Positions 10,672 through 22,335 of a stretch of 64,000 nucleotides of DNA are shown piece after piece (within the stretch, counting starts at the first letter, position 1; each line of letters starts with the position of its first letter). The DNA comes from Myxococcales bacterium (GTDB lineage: Bacteria; Myxococcota; UBA727; GCA-2721815): the NCBI GenBank assembly GCA_002721815.1, contig PBLQ01000046.1, positions 2,688 to 66,687 on the forward strand, given 5' to 3'. Under the pieces are notes generated by a model. It made no database searches and was not told where the DNA came from. It saw nothing but the letters and a program-made list of their open reading frames with translations. A program made the position numbers and the translations under genes.

Positions 10672-11648
10672 GGACTTTCCTCTTCCGGTGTAAAACCCCA
10701 ATAGGCGCACCATCCCGCAGCCATTGCCACCAAACCCAAGCCCGCATTGGCCACCCAAGCCGCCGTTTGCCCCTGGCGTACCAATTCTTCGTGAGTTTCG
10801 CCGAACAACATTTGGGCCTGCGCTCGTTTTTCAACCTCTGCACCGATCACCAAAGTACCAATCGCTGCCCCCAGCCACGTCAATGCCCCCGCTCCAGCCA
10901 CACCGGCGCCGATGAGAACTTCCGTACGCTCGGGGTTGAATTCGCCCAAACCTTGATTCATTTCATGCAGGGGATCGATGCGCCAATCCACGGCCACTTC
11001 TGTTTCTTTGCGGTGATCGATCGAAAAGTTTTTGGCGTAGGGCACATACCCATTGCGCTCCACCCGCAGACTGTGGGTGCCCGCCATCATCTGCTTGGTA
11101 AACACCTCCTTCATCAAACCTTCGGAAAGCGGGGTTTCGTTGAGCCAAATCTGTGTGTCAGCGGTGAGGCCGGTCACCTTTAATGTTCCCTTGAGGGAGC
11201 GTGGTTTTAGCCAACGTCGCACCAAAACCTCTACATCGTAATTCAAGAGATCGGCATCGTAGGTCCAAACCAGGTTATGATTTTTGAAACGCTTGCCGCC
11301 ATTGACATCGAGGTAACGAAAGCTGATGCCGGCATGTCGCTCTTCATCCCGATCCGTCACTTTCACGTAAAACAAAGCAAAAACCCCTCGCTTTTTCAGC
11401 CAACGTTTTAAGCATTTGGTTTTGCCTTTACACTTTTTGAGGCGTCGCACATCGCGCTTGGTGAGCACATGCTCAGAGACACCCTCAATGGTTTTGAGCT
11501 GCTGCCATACAATGGGGTTGGCCATCTCCAAAGTGTTGCGGTGCTTGGGGGCGGTTGTCTCCAGCTCAAAATAGGCCACTTTTTGAGACTGGGCCCAGGT
11601 GGGCAAACTGAAACACAAGCACAAGGCCCATAAAAACCCGCGTAACAT
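10668..11648 (-). CDS. PEGA domain membrane protein
   Basis: Start moved to ATG 11648 (TGATG overlap with lgt stop); signal peptide; GTLKVTG...TQIWLN....AGTHSLRVERNGYVPY is PEGA-like; C-terminal hydrophobic hairpin. Confidence 0.8.
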   Translation of the reverse strand: MLRGFLWALCLCFSLPTWAQSQKVAYFELETTAPKHRNTLEMANPIVWQQLKTIEGVSEHVLTKRDVRRLKKCKGKTKCLKRWLKKRGVFALFYVKVTDRDEERHAGISFRYLDVNGGKRFKNHNLVWTYDADLLNYDVEVLVRRWLKPRSLKGTLKVTGLTADTQIWLNETPLSEGLMKEVFTKQMMAGTHSLRVERNGYVPYAKNFSIDHRKETEVAVDWRIDPLHEMNQGLGEFNPERTEVLIGAGVAGAGALTWLGAAIGTLVIGAEVEKRAQAQMLFGETHEELVRQGQTAAWVANAGLGLVAMAAGWCAYWGFTPEEESP

Positions 11649-12469
11649 CACGACGCTTGCTCCTCTGAGCGAGGATAAAGTTTGGACCATTGGCGCCACA
11701 AAAACACGATCAAAGGCAAACTTAAGATTGAAACCCATTGCGAGGTGGAAATACCCACCAACCAGATACCTCGGTCGTCATCCGCCCGCAGCATTTCGGT
11801 TCCAAACCGCCAAAAAGCGTAGGAGCCCACCAGGGCCAAGAAGGCCTGACCCGAAAATTGCCGTTTTTGATACAGCACCACGATCAGCGCAAAGGCCACA
11901 AAGCCGTAAGCCGCATCGTACAATTGCACGGGATGCACCGTTCCCAAAGCCGCCAAATCGCCGGCCGGGTAAGTCACGCCCCAAGGCACTTCGGTGGAGA
12001 TGCCGTAACAGCAACCTGCCATAAAGCAGCCCACCCGACCAATGCCCATGCCGATGGCCAAAGCAGGTGCCGCGTAGTCTGCAAAAGCCACGGGCGTGGT
12101 GATCTCTCGACGATAAATGAAAATCATGGTGGCAAAAGAGGACACCACCACACCACCGTAAAAAACATAACCCGGGGCAAACAAATCAGCCCAATGTAAC
12201 GGATCGTCGGCCAGTAAATCCCACACGCCCGTGGCCACGCTGTCGTCTGAAAGCTTGTGACCCTCAGCCTCAAAAAGGGTGTGGAAAATTTTAGCACCGA
12301 ACAAAGCGCTGATCACCGCCACCAGAATAAAGTCGAAGGCATCACGCTTGTCTCGGCCATCCTGCAAGGCCAAACTGTAGGCCACCCACGCCGCCAACCC
12401 ATAGGCCACCACATTGGCCAAGCCATAACTGTCAATGGGCAGTTCAAAGATGTGGATAAATGGCAGCAA
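11648..12469 (-). CDS. lgt: Prolipoprotein diacylglyceryl transferase
   Basis: SYG, FYGG, IGRVGCFMAGCCYG, HPVQLY, RFGTEMLR, STSQW; TTG start at 12469 after AGGAG. Confidence 0.92.
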   Translation of the reverse strand: MLPFIHIFELPIDSYGLANVVAYGLAAWVAYSLALQDGRDKRDAFDFILVAVISALFGAKIFHTLFEAEGHKLSDDSVATGVWDLLADDPLHWADLFAPGYVFYGGVVVSSFATMIFIYRREITTPVAFADYAAPALAIGMGIGRVGCFMAGCCYGISTEVPWGVTYPAGDLAALGTVHPVQLYDAAYGFVAFALIVVLYQKRQFSGQAFLALVGSYAFWRFGTEMLRADDDRGIWLVGISTSQWVSILSLPLIVFLWRQWSKLYPRSEEQAS

Positions 12470-12681
12470 AGCGACTCCTTCAGCAGGGAAATACACAAAA
12501 ACCACTAATTTTTCGATCCTTTTTTATCAAAATTGCAGTTTAAGGCGCTGAAGGGGCTTTTGCGCGGGGATCCCGGTTGTCCTCAAGGCATGCGGTGCTT
12601 ACTGTCATGCGCGTTGGGCTGTGCGCCCGATTCTTTTTTAGGGTTTTCCAGGCATTTTCGCCGACTTATGAGGAGTAACAC

Positions 12682-12972
12682 ATGAAATTCACCCCCTTGA
12701 ATGACCGCATTTTAGTCAAAAGAAGCGACTCGGAGCAAACCACCAAAAGTGGCATCATCATTCCCGATAACGCACAAGAAAAACCCATGCAGGGAATCGT
12801 TAAGGCCGTGGGGCCCGGAAAAAGTGCTGACGATGGCAGCTTGCGACCGCTTTTGGTTCAAGAAGGCAACACCGTTTTATTCCGTAAGTACGCAGGTACG
12901 GACGTGAAAATCGAAGGCGAAGAACACTTGATCATGCGCGAAGATGAAATCTTGGCCATTGTCGAAGAATAA
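12682..12972 (+). CDS. groES: Co-chaperonin GroES
   Basis: PLNDRILVKR, SGIIIPD.AQEKP, KYAGTDVK, IMREDEILA; GAGGAG RBS. Confidence 0.99.
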   Translation: MKFTPLNDRILVKRSDSEQTTKSGIIIPDNAQEKPMQGIVKAVGPGKSADDGSLRPLLVQEGNTVLFRKYAGTDVKIEGEEHLIMREDEILAIVEE

Positions 12973-12986
12973 TTTTTAAAATTTAG

Positions 12987-14642
<1,656 letters not shown>

Positions 14643-14672
14643 GCTTCTCACGCACCATCACTGGTTCGACCC

Positions 14673-14703
14673 AAAGCGCCTTTCTTGTGAAGGCGCTTTT
14701 TTT
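14673..14703 (+). terminator. Rho-independent terminator after groEL
   Basis: Perfect 10-bp stem AAAGCGCCTT / AAGGCGCTTT, 7-nt loop, followed by a T run. Confidence 0.9.
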
Positions 14704-14731
14704 GTGTCAAAATACGGCCCGAGAGGACCAC

Positions 14732-15169
14732 ATGCGTTATCTATTTTTGACTTTATCGTTGCTGATGTTTTTGGGCGGGTGCGCCCCGCAGCAGCTCTAT
14801 CAACGCCGCGACCTCCAAGAAGCCCTGCTGAAGCACCACCAGAATTTTCGCTGGGGGAGAATTACCCAAGCCTCCACCCTGGTACAACCGAAGTTACAAC
14901 AGGATTTTGTACAAAGCTGGATGGAACGCTTCCATGAGCTGGAGCTTCACAACGTTGAAGTCTTGGGAATGGCCGAGCAATCGGGCGGCGATGTGGTGGA
15001 AGTTTCGGTGCGCTTGCAATGGATCAACCATCAAACCATGAACGTCAAAAGCCGTTTACTTACCGAGATATGGGTTCGAACACCCGACGGCTGGCAATTG
15101 GCCGCCCCAATTTTCCCTCGAGATTTATTCGCACAGCCACAACGGGAAATAGGTTTAAGCGGAACTTGA
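14732..15169 (+). CDS. Small lipoprotein of unknown function
   Basis: Start moved to ATG 14732 (GAGAGGA RBS; the ORF-track start lies inside the terminator); lipobox LGGC. Confidence 0.75.
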   Translation: MRYLFLTLSLLMFLGGCAPQQLYQRRDLQEALLKHHQNFRWGRITQASTLVQPKLQQDFVQSWMERFHELELHNVEVLGMAEQSGGDVVEVSVRLQWINHQTMNVKSRLLTEIWVRTPDGWQLAAPIFPRDLFAQPQREIGLSGT

Positions 15170-16000
15170 GGGTCCGTTGGGGGCGTCCTCTAGATTGGGT
15201 GTCGTGCCGCCAAAAACCATATCTGACTCGGAAGGCTTGGAGCGAATGACCCAAGTGGTGAGAATGCCCCACAAAATATAACCGGACATGAACACCAACA
15301 AACTCACCGAGGCCCGGGTCCACCAGCCCACCAAAACAATGCAGGAAAGCAGCGCGGTCAACATGGCCAATGAGGCGGGCTCGGGCTTAAAATCTTTGAA
15401 GGTTCGGTAGCGCACATTGCTCACCATCAAAAAGCTCAAAAAGAGCAGTTCAGCGATAACCCACTGCCGCTCTGTCACCGGTAACGTGCCCACTTCTTTA
15501 TAGTGAACGATAATGGTGGTGACCAACACCCCTGCGGCCAACGGCACAGGCAAGCCGATGAAAAATCTGCTGTCGGCGCCTTGGGAGGAAAGCACGTTAA
15601 ACCTGGCCAATCGAATGATGCCGCATCCTGCGAACACGAAAACAATAATGAGGCCCCAAAGATCCAAAGGCCAAAGCGCCCATTTGTAAATCAAAATGGC
15701 GGGGGCCACCCCAAAACTCACCGCGTCTGCGAGGGAGTCCATTTGCACCCCAAATTCACTTTGGGTTTTGGTCATCCGCGCCACCCGGCCGTCGAAGGAG
15801 TCAAGAAAGCCCGCGACAAAAATAGCCAAGGCGGCCTGATAAAGATCGGAGTAGGCATCGCTGGTGACACACTGAGCAATGGCATACAAACCACACAGCA
15901 CAGAGCCCAAAGTGAATGCATTGGGCAAAATGAAGAGGACTTTTTGGAGATTAAAAACCCTTTTGCGGCGCCGTTTATTTTTTCGGGAAAACGCGCTCAT
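15155..16000 (-). CDS. pssA: CDP-diacylglycerol--serine O-phosphatidyltransferase
   Basis: LPNAFT, DSFDGRVARMT...SEFG.QMDSLADAVSFGVAP, RLARFN, FIGLPVP; ATGA overlap with upstream gene sets the start at 16000. Confidence 0.95.
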   Translation of the reverse strand: MSAFSRKNKRRRKRVFNLQKVLFILPNAFTLGSVLCGLYAIAQCVTSDAYSDLYQAALAIFVAGFLDSFDGRVARMTKTQSEFGVQMDSLADAVSFGVAPAILIYKWALWPLDLWGLIIVFVFAGCGIIRLARFNVLSSQGADSRFFIGLPVPLAAGVLVTTIIVHYKEVGTLPVTERQWVIAELLFLSFLMVSNVRYRTFKDFKPEPASLAMLTALLSCIVLVGWWTRASVSLLVFMSGYILWGILTTWVIRSKPSESDMVFGGTTPNLEDAPNGPSSSA

Positions 16001-16347
16001 GAGCCATCTTCCTCTTCCAGCTCTTCGGTGTCCGGCACCGTATCTCGCGTCATGCCGCAAGCCGCCCAATCGTTATTCTCAATGGCCGCACAAGTGCAGG
16101 TCTCTAAAGCGGTCGCGCACATTTCAGTATCGGCCAGTGATTCCTCGCGTTGTGAGCGCTGCAACTCTCGCTCTTGGCGACAAGCCAATTTACCGTTTGC
16201 CGTTGGCTCGCAGTCACAAATAGAATTGGTCAATTGCACGCAAGGATCACAAGCGGAGCCCATGATCACCCCAAGGCCACAGGTGAACACCAAGAGGGTG
16301 ACCCAATGAAGCTTTGTCGCCGGCGCTGTGGGTGCGTTCGAAGTCAT
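15997..16347 (-). CDS. Small Cys-rich probable lipoprotein
   Basis: Hydrophobic stretch then GSAC; CDPC...CDC...C...C...CTC...C; coupled to pssA. Confidence 0.7.
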   Translation of the reverse strand: MTSNAPTAPATKLHWVTLLVFTCGLGVIMGSACDPCVQLTNSICDCEPTANGKLACRQERELQRSQREESLADTEMCATALETCTCAAIENNDWAACGMTRDTVPDTEELEEEDGS

Positions 16348-16415
16348 TTAATTCCTATCGTTTTCCTGCTCGACAAGCCCAGAAAAAATGAGCATGATTC
16401 GGAAGGCGTTTTATC

Positions 16416-17588
16416 ATGCACTTCAACAAAACAAACCATTTTTACCTTCAGCACGCCCTGGGCATTCATCTGTGTCCCTTGCACCGGCCACAATTCGCAT
16501 TTTTTGAGGGTGAAAACAACAAAGATGTGTTTGAAAACAACACCTTAGCTTCTGGTCCGGACATGCAGGACGGGCTGGTGAGCTGGCTGGCGCACCTTGG
16601 GAAAAGCCTGGATTGGATGCTGCCACCCGCCCAGCGCGATCACCCGCTGCTTCACCGCATCCGCGAAGGGCACGCCCAAAGACGCCGATTTGCTCGCCGC
16701 TTGGCCCAAAGCCCTCTGGCCCCCGAAAGCACATGGCGGCTGGCCCATACGCTGCAAAACCATTTCCACACCACCGAGCGTTGGGCCATTTTGGATGACG
16801 ATCACCACCTGGCTTGGACCCTTCGCCAAAATCATGTTGAAGCCCATGGCTTTGTGGTGGAGACCTCGCGAGAACAAGCGAAGGATGACGGGCTAAGCAA
16901 CCATGAAAGCCACACCTTCTGGGGCCAAAACTGGCTGGCCGGTTTTCATCAAAATAATGAAACCTATCCGGGCGTGGTGGTGGATACACTGCACGTAGAC
17001 AACATGCTTCATTTCGCTTTGCTGCGCGCCCAAGAAATATTGGAACCCAATGGCATCTGTGGCGTCATTTTACATCCGTGGCAGCGCGACTTCCTGGAAT
17101 CATTGGCCCCTTTACTCAATTTCGAATTGATACAATCCCAAAACGAATCGATTCTGCGCTATGGTCCCCATTTTGTGCCGCACGAAATATTATGGGATGT
17201 GCATTTTTACCGCGCCAAGTCCTCCGGCAGCTCTTTGGATCCCCAAAAAACATACAGCCGCAAAGCAGCCAAAAACTTAGAGCCCTCTTCTCATCTGGTG
17301 GGAGCGGGAGTTCTGGATCAATTGGTGCCCAGTGGCAACCCGCCACTGGAGAAAGCCCTCAAGCTTCTACAAAAAGGGGGCAAGATTAAGGTCCTCAATC
17401 AAGAGACCCTCGACGACAATACCTTTTGGGCCCTGCCCAACGGAGGGCACATGGCCTTGCACCACGCCGCGCCATTCCAACGTTTGCAGGTTGATTTTTC
17501 GCCCTGGCGCCCGCGTCTGCTCACGCAATTCACCACCGCCATGCTCACGTATTTTGAGCGACGCTCACCCTATATGGAGCTCCCATGA
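16416..17588 (+). CDS. Hypothetical protein; possibly a degenerate SAM-dependent/aminopropyltransferase fold plus an AdoMet-decarboxylase-like C-terminus (start uncertain)
   Basis: Long ORF with ATGA overlap to the HAD gene; WAILDDDHHL and GGHMALHH...LQVDF show only weak motif resemblance. Confidence 0.55.
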   Translation: MHFNKTNHFYLQHALGIHLCPLHRPQFAFFEGENNKDVFENNTLASGPDMQDGLVSWLAHLGKSLDWMLPPAQRDHPLLHRIREGHAQRRRFARRLAQSPLAPESTWRLAHTLQNHFHTTERWAILDDDHHLAWTLRQNHVEAHGFVVETSREQAKDDGLSNHESHTFWGQNWLAGFHQNNETYPGVVVDTLHVDNMLHFALLRAQEILEPNGICGVILHPWQRDFLESLAPLLNFELIQSQNESILRYGPHFVPHEILWDVHFYRAKSSGSSLDPQKTYSRKAAKNLEPSSHLVGAGVLDQLVPSGNPPLEKALKLLQKGGKIKVLNQETLDDNTFWALPNGGHMALHHAAPFQRLQVDFSPWRPRLLTQFTTAMLTYFERRSPYMELP

Positions 17589-18409
17589 CCGCGCAGCCCC
17601 AAAGCATTTCACAATTGACCCACGCGCAAGTGGCCCCGATCACCCATTTGCTTTTTGACTTTGACGATACGGTCACTTGGGCGGGCCAACTGCCCCAAGA
17701 AGCAGCCAACGCGCTTTATCGCGCCTATGACGCAGGCTTTCAACTCATGGCCGTAACGGGCCGTCCTGCAGCTTGGGCCGAAATGCTGATGCGCCTTTTC
17801 CCCTTTGAAGCCGCCGTAGCGGAAACCGGGGCCATTTGTTTTTACCGAGAAACCCTGCCTGGAAAAGTGTCTGTGCTCCACAGCATCGATGATCCCAAAC
17901 AGCGCGAAACCCAAACACAGCAACGTTTGGCCATCGCCCATGCCATCATGGCCGATCTCCCTGAGGCCCGGTTGGCCCTGGATAACATGGGGCGCATTTA
18001 TGACTCCGCTTTCGATCTGGTAGAGGATGGTCCAGCCGTCAGTGAAGCCACCCAAAAACTCATTCACCAAAAACTCGACGCCGAAGGTCTTTTTTGGGCC
18101 CAAAGCTCCGTTCACATCAATTTCTTCTGGCAGGCTTTTAATAAGACCGCCATGGTCAAACGCTACTTTGAAGAAATCGGGGGCCAACCTTGGCCCCAAT
18201 GGGTTTCACGCTTCATCTATTTTGGTGACAGCACCAATGATGGGCCGCTCTTTCGGGCAGTTCCCCTCGGAATTGGAGTGGCCAACATCGCCAACTATCT
18301 GCCATTGCTACAAAAAGATGGGTCGGCCCCCTCACACATCACCGCCAAACCAGGGGGTCACGGCTTTGCTGAGGCCATCGATCATTTAGTCCACTTAAAA
18401 AACATGTAA
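17585..18409 (+). CDS. HAD-IIB family hydrolase
   Basis: Motif I FDFDDT, motif II VTGR, NK, motif IV GDSTND. Confidence 0.9.
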   Translation: MTAQPQSISQLTHAQVAPITHLLFDFDDTVTWAGQLPQEAANALYRAYDAGFQLMAVTGRPAAWAEMLMRLFPFEAAVAETGAICFYRETLPGKVSVLHSIDDPKQRETQTQQRLAIAHAIMADLPEARLALDNMGRIYDSAFDLVEDGPAVSEATQKLIHQKLDAEGLFWAQSSVHINFFWQAFNKTAMVKRYFEEIGGQPWPQWVSRFIYFGDSTNDGPLFRAVPLGIGVANIANYLPLLQKDGSAPSHITAKPGGHGFAEAIDHLVHLKNM

Positions 18410-18455
18410 AATTAAGGTTTTAGACACTTGAATTTCCTCCCCCGCATGACCTAAG

Positions 18456-19781
18456 GTGAACGCCATGTCTGGCAATCTCATTTTCAACAAATACGAAATC
18501 GTCAAACGCTTGGCCATGGGCGGCATGGGCGAAGTGTTTGTGGCCCGACAAACCGGCATTGCAGGCTTCGATCGGTTGGTGATTCTTAAAAACCTGCTGC
18601 CCGACTTGGCAAAACAAGACGAACTGGTGAATCAATTCCTGGACGAAGCCCGTGTGGCCGCTACTCTAAATCACCCCAATATTGTTTCGATTTTGGAAGT
18701 GGGCGAGTGGGAAGGTGTTTATTACCTGGCCATGGAATACATCAAAGGTGCCGATCTGGTTCAACTGCAAATCGATGCCTACAAAAAAGGCAAAAAGATT
18801 CCCATTTCGGTGGCCGGCCAAATTATTGCAGACTCTGCCAACGGTCTTGACCACGCCCACCACGCATCCAACATGTCTGGTGACGCACTCAACATCGTGC
18901 ACCGGGACATTTCACCCCACAACATTATGATTCGCACCGACGGGGTGGCCAAAGTTGTGGATTTTGGCATTGCTAAAGCCGCCGGTCGTCTCACGCGAAC
19001 CGCCACTGGCATGATCAAAGGCAAGCTGCACTACATGTCCCCCGAGCAAATCCAGGGGCAGGCCATTACTGGCGCCACCGATCAGTTCGCACTGGGTGTG
19101 GTTCTTTGGGAGATGCTCGCCCGCAAACGACTGTTCAAAGAAAAAAGCGATATTCGCACCTATGAACGCATCGTTGCCTGCGATATCCCCGCCCTCTCCA
19201 GCATCAACAGTGAAATACCGCCCGAATTCGAAAAAATCGTGATGCGCATGCTCGCCAAAGACCCCGCCGAGCGCTACCCACGCATTGGCGAAGCCGCCTC
19301 CGAGCTCAACCGCTTCGTCCACCTGTACGACCAAAAAGCAGGCAACCAACAGGTGGCTGATTTCCTCCAAAACGTGTTCGAAAGCGAACTGGAAGATCGT
19401 GCCAAAGCCTTTTTGTCCGACGCGGGCAAGTTCATGAAGACGCCGTCTCAGGGAACATCATCATTCAAAATGTCAAACCGTTCTGCGACGGGAGGGCCGG
19501 CCACTGCGGGAAGCAGCGGAAGCCAAAATTACAGTAAAAACGAACAAAGCAAATCCCAAACCATGCGTCGTCCCGCACCGGCCCGGCAAACCAGCTCGGC
19601 CACGTTGGTGCTGGCGGGCGCATTGGGCGCCACCATCTTTCTGGCCTTATTGATCGGCGTTGGCTTTTTCTTCTATCAAATGGGGCAGGGTGAAAACGCT
19701 GCAGCCCCAAATCCCCCGGCGGCGCCTTCGGTGGTAGAAACCGTTGATGCCCCCAGCGATCCTGCCACCAACAAGCCGTAG
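18456..19781 (+). CDS. Membrane-anchored Hanks-type Ser/Thr protein kinase
   Basis: GGMGEV, HRDISPHN, DFG, YMSPE; single C-terminal TM helix. Confidence 0.95.
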   Translation: MNAMSGNLIFNKYEIVKRLAMGGMGEVFVARQTGIAGFDRLVILKNLLPDLAKQDELVNQFLDEARVAATLNHPNIVSILEVGEWEGVYYLAMEYIKGADLVQLQIDAYKKGKKIPISVAGQIIADSANGLDHAHHASNMSGDALNIVHRDISPHNIMIRTDGVAKVVDFGIAKAAGRLTRTATGMIKGKLHYMSPEQIQGQAITGATDQFALGVVLWEMLARKRLFKEKSDIRTYERIVACDIPALSSINSEIPPEFEKIVMRMLAKDPAERYPRIGEAASELNRFVHLYDQKAGNQQVADFLQNVFESELEDRAKAFLSDAGKFMKTPSQGTSSFKMSNRSATGGPATAGSSGSQNYSKNEQSKSQTMRRPAPARQTSSATLVLAGALGATIFLALLIGVGFFFYQMGQGENAAAPNPPAAPSVVETVDAPSDPATNKP

Positions 19782-19793
19782 ATTCATCACAGC

Positions 19794-21257
19794 ATGGTAC
19801 GCACCTTTGACTTAAGATCTTTTGCTGTCTTTCGTATGGGATTGGGAATCTTAATCATTCTCGATCTTTTCACCCGGTCCACCTTTTTGGTGCAGCACTA
19901 CACCGACCAGGGACTGCTCCCCCGCTATGCCCTTTTACAAAAATTTTGGCGACCTGCTTATTGGTCGTTGCATGTGATCAATGGCGAAGCGTGGTTTCAA
20001 CTGCTGCTCTTTGGCATCATTGCGGCAGTGGCTTTTTGCGTGATCATTGGGTACCGCACGCGGCTTTGTATTGTTTTGTCCTGGCTGCTTGCCATTTCAC
20101 TGCAAAATCGCATCGGAATTATTTTGTCCGGTGGTGACATGTTGCTGCGTTCATTGCTGCTTTTTGCCATCTTTTTGCCTTTGAGCGCTAAATGGAGTGT
20201 GGATCGCCTTCAAAGTAACGCCCCCGAAAGCCCCTTCCAGGTGAAAAGTTGGGGCGGTATCTGTTTGATGCTCCAGCTGGCCTTTGTGTACCTCTTTGTC
20301 ATTTACATACGTCGAGGAGGGCCCCACTGGTGGGACGGTACTGCGCTCTATTATGCGTTTTCGATCGATCAAATGACCACGGCTCTGGGCCTGTGGATGA
20401 AATCTCAGACCGAATTGCTCTCGATCATGACACACGTGACCCTCTACGTGGAGCTCCTGTGTCCAATTCTCATCTTCTCCCCCTTGTTCACCTCCAAAAT
20501 CCGCATGGCCACCATCGCCATCATGTGTGCCATGCACCTGAGCATTCCTCTCTTCATGCACATCGGTCACTTTCCGCTCATCTCATGTGTGGGCTGGCTC
20601 TTTTTGTTGCCCAGTGGTTTCTGGGAGCATCCCTTCATTCAAAAACAGACCCAAAGAATGGGTGGTTTTGTTATTCAAAGAGCTTGGTTCCAATGGGTTA
20701 TGAAACTGCCCGGCGCCAAAGGCTCGTTCTTTCCCTCTCATGGCTTACAGATGGTAGGGGTGATGGCCATCATCTATATTTTTGCCTGGAACATGCGGTC
20801 AGTGAAGGCGCCCTTTTTTCATTTGCCAAAACAAATGAATGACATTGGGCGTGCGCTCAGACTTGAGCAACATTGGAACCTCTTTGCCCCTTATCCTGTA
20901 AAAAATGATGGATGGTTCGTGATGGTGGGGCAATTAAAATCTAAAAAAGAGATCAACCTTTGGGATCCAGAAAAACCCGTCACCTTCGACAAACCAGCCA
21001 AAGTATCCGACATGTACAAAGGGCACCGACAACAAAAGTATATGATGAACATGTGGACCAAAAACTTCAAAAAATACCGGCTCTATTTTGGGAAATACAC
21101 CTGTCGAAAATGGAACCGCGTGGATAAGAACCCCGACAAACTCGAAACGTTCCAACTTTACTACATGCAAGAGCGAACACTTCCCGTGGGTGAAAAAGAA
21201 CCCGAAAAGTTAACCGTCTGGAAACACAGTTGCTTTAAAAAAGATCCTGGCGACTAG
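19794..21257 (+). CDS. HTTM domain membrane protein (vitamin K-dependent carboxylase-like family)
   Basis: DLRSFAVFR, HYTDQG.LPR, GGD.LLR, WWDGTA, QHWNLFAP; many TM segments. Confidence 0.8.
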   Translation: MVRTFDLRSFAVFRMGLGILIILDLFTRSTFLVQHYTDQGLLPRYALLQKFWRPAYWSLHVINGEAWFQLLLFGIIAAVAFCVIIGYRTRLCIVLSWLLAISLQNRIGIILSGGDMLLRSLLLFAIFLPLSAKWSVDRLQSNAPESPFQVKSWGGICLMLQLAFVYLFVIYIRRGGPHWWDGTALYYAFSIDQMTTALGLWMKSQTELLSIMTHVTLYVELLCPILIFSPLFTSKIRMATIAIMCAMHLSIPLFMHIGHFPLISCVGWLFLLPSGFWEHPFIQKQTQRMGGFVIQRAWFQWVMKLPGAKGSFFPSHGLQMVGVMAIIYIFAWNMRSVKAPFFHLPKQMNDIGRALRLEQHWNLFAPYPVKNDGWFVMVGQLKSKKEINLWDPEKPVTFDKPAKVSDMYKGHRQQKYMMNMWTKNFKKYRLYFGKYTCRKWNRVDKNPDKLETFQLYYMQERTLPVGEKEPEKLTVWKHSCFKKDPGD

Positions 21258-22207
21258 CTTTTCTTCAGGCCGATTTCCTCTAAACGTTGTTCGAGAAATT
21301 CGCGGGCGCTCAGCGAATTAAATTTTGCCTCACCGCCCGTCGCCGCCACAGATTTGCTCAAAGGTGTGAGATCCACTTCGGGCCGTGGGTGCACAAAAAA
21401 GGGCATGGAAAAACGCTGATCCCGACTGTTGTCTGGGTTGGTCACCCGATGGGTGGTACTTCGAATGCGACCATTGGTGACGTGCTGTAACATGTCCCCA
21501 GAATCCACAACGAACTGGCCCTTCAGCGCATGAATGGGTCGCCAAATGCCATCCCGCTGTAACAACTCCAAACCTGGCGCCGTGGACTCACACAAAATGG
21601 TGATCAGGTTGACGTCTTCGTGCGCCGATGCACGCACACTGGCGGGATCGGCATCATCCGGAACCGGCGGATAATGAATGGTTCGAAGAATGGTATCGCC
21701 TTCGACAATCATGTCAGCAAAAAGGTTTTCTGGTTCACCCAAATACAGCGCCAAAGCCCGCAATAAGGATTGGGCGCAGTGCTCTAAAGACCGAAATAAA
21801 GTTAAAAGAACGGCTTTAAACTCAGCGATTTCCGAAGGCCAAATGTTCGTGCCATAGACGCCGAGCAGAGGGTGGCCGGCGGGTAACTCTTGGCCCACGT
21901 GCCAAAACTCTTTGAGGTCTGGGGCGGCATGGTCTTTGGCGTGTTCTGTTGCAAAAGCAGTATAGCCACGCTGGCCCATCCCATTCGGATCGATGTATTG
22001 TGATTTGGCGGCCTCATCGAGACGAAAGAAATCGGCCACAATATCGTAACTGCGCAAAATTAACGCCTCATCCACTTGGTGGTTTTCCAGCGCGAAAAAG
22101 CCCAGGTCAGACAACGCGTCGCCCAAGGTTTGAATAAAATTGTCTCTTTGGGCCGGGGTGCCTCCAGTAAAATCGCCAAGATCCACCACGGGTATGCTTT
22201 GTTCCAT
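21254..22207 (-). CDS. Isopenicillin N synthase-like 2OG-Fe(II) oxygenase
   Basis: IPVVDL, DLKEFWHVG, HED (HxD), HRV, RFSMPFF. Confidence 0.93.
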   Translation of the reverse strand: MEQSIPVVDLGDFTGGTPAQRDNFIQTLGDALSDLGFFALENHQVDEALILRSYDIVADFFRLDEAAKSQYIDPNGMGQRGYTAFATEHAKDHAAPDLKEFWHVGQELPAGHPLLGVYGTNIWPSEIAEFKAVLLTLFRSLEHCAQSLLRALALYLGEPENLFADMIVEGDTILRTIHYPPVPDDADPASVRASAHEDVNLITILCESTAPGLELLQRDGIWRPIHALKGQFVVDSGDMLQHVTNGRIRSTTHRVTNPDNSRDQRFSMPFFVHPRPEVDLTPLSKSVAATGGEAKFNSLSAREFLEQRLEEIGLKKS

Positions 22208-22335
22208 GATTTCCACCAAACCTGCTGATATTACGTGATCTTACACGGGCGGTGCCGCTCTCGCCAAATTTTAGCGCCCAATGGGCCAGAGTGATAGCCT
22301 TCGACACAGTCGCTCCACGTTGTTCAGGGACCCCG

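Noticed and set aside
12510-12681. CIRCE element upstream of groES
   Set aside because: No TTAGCACTC-N9-GAGTGCTAA match
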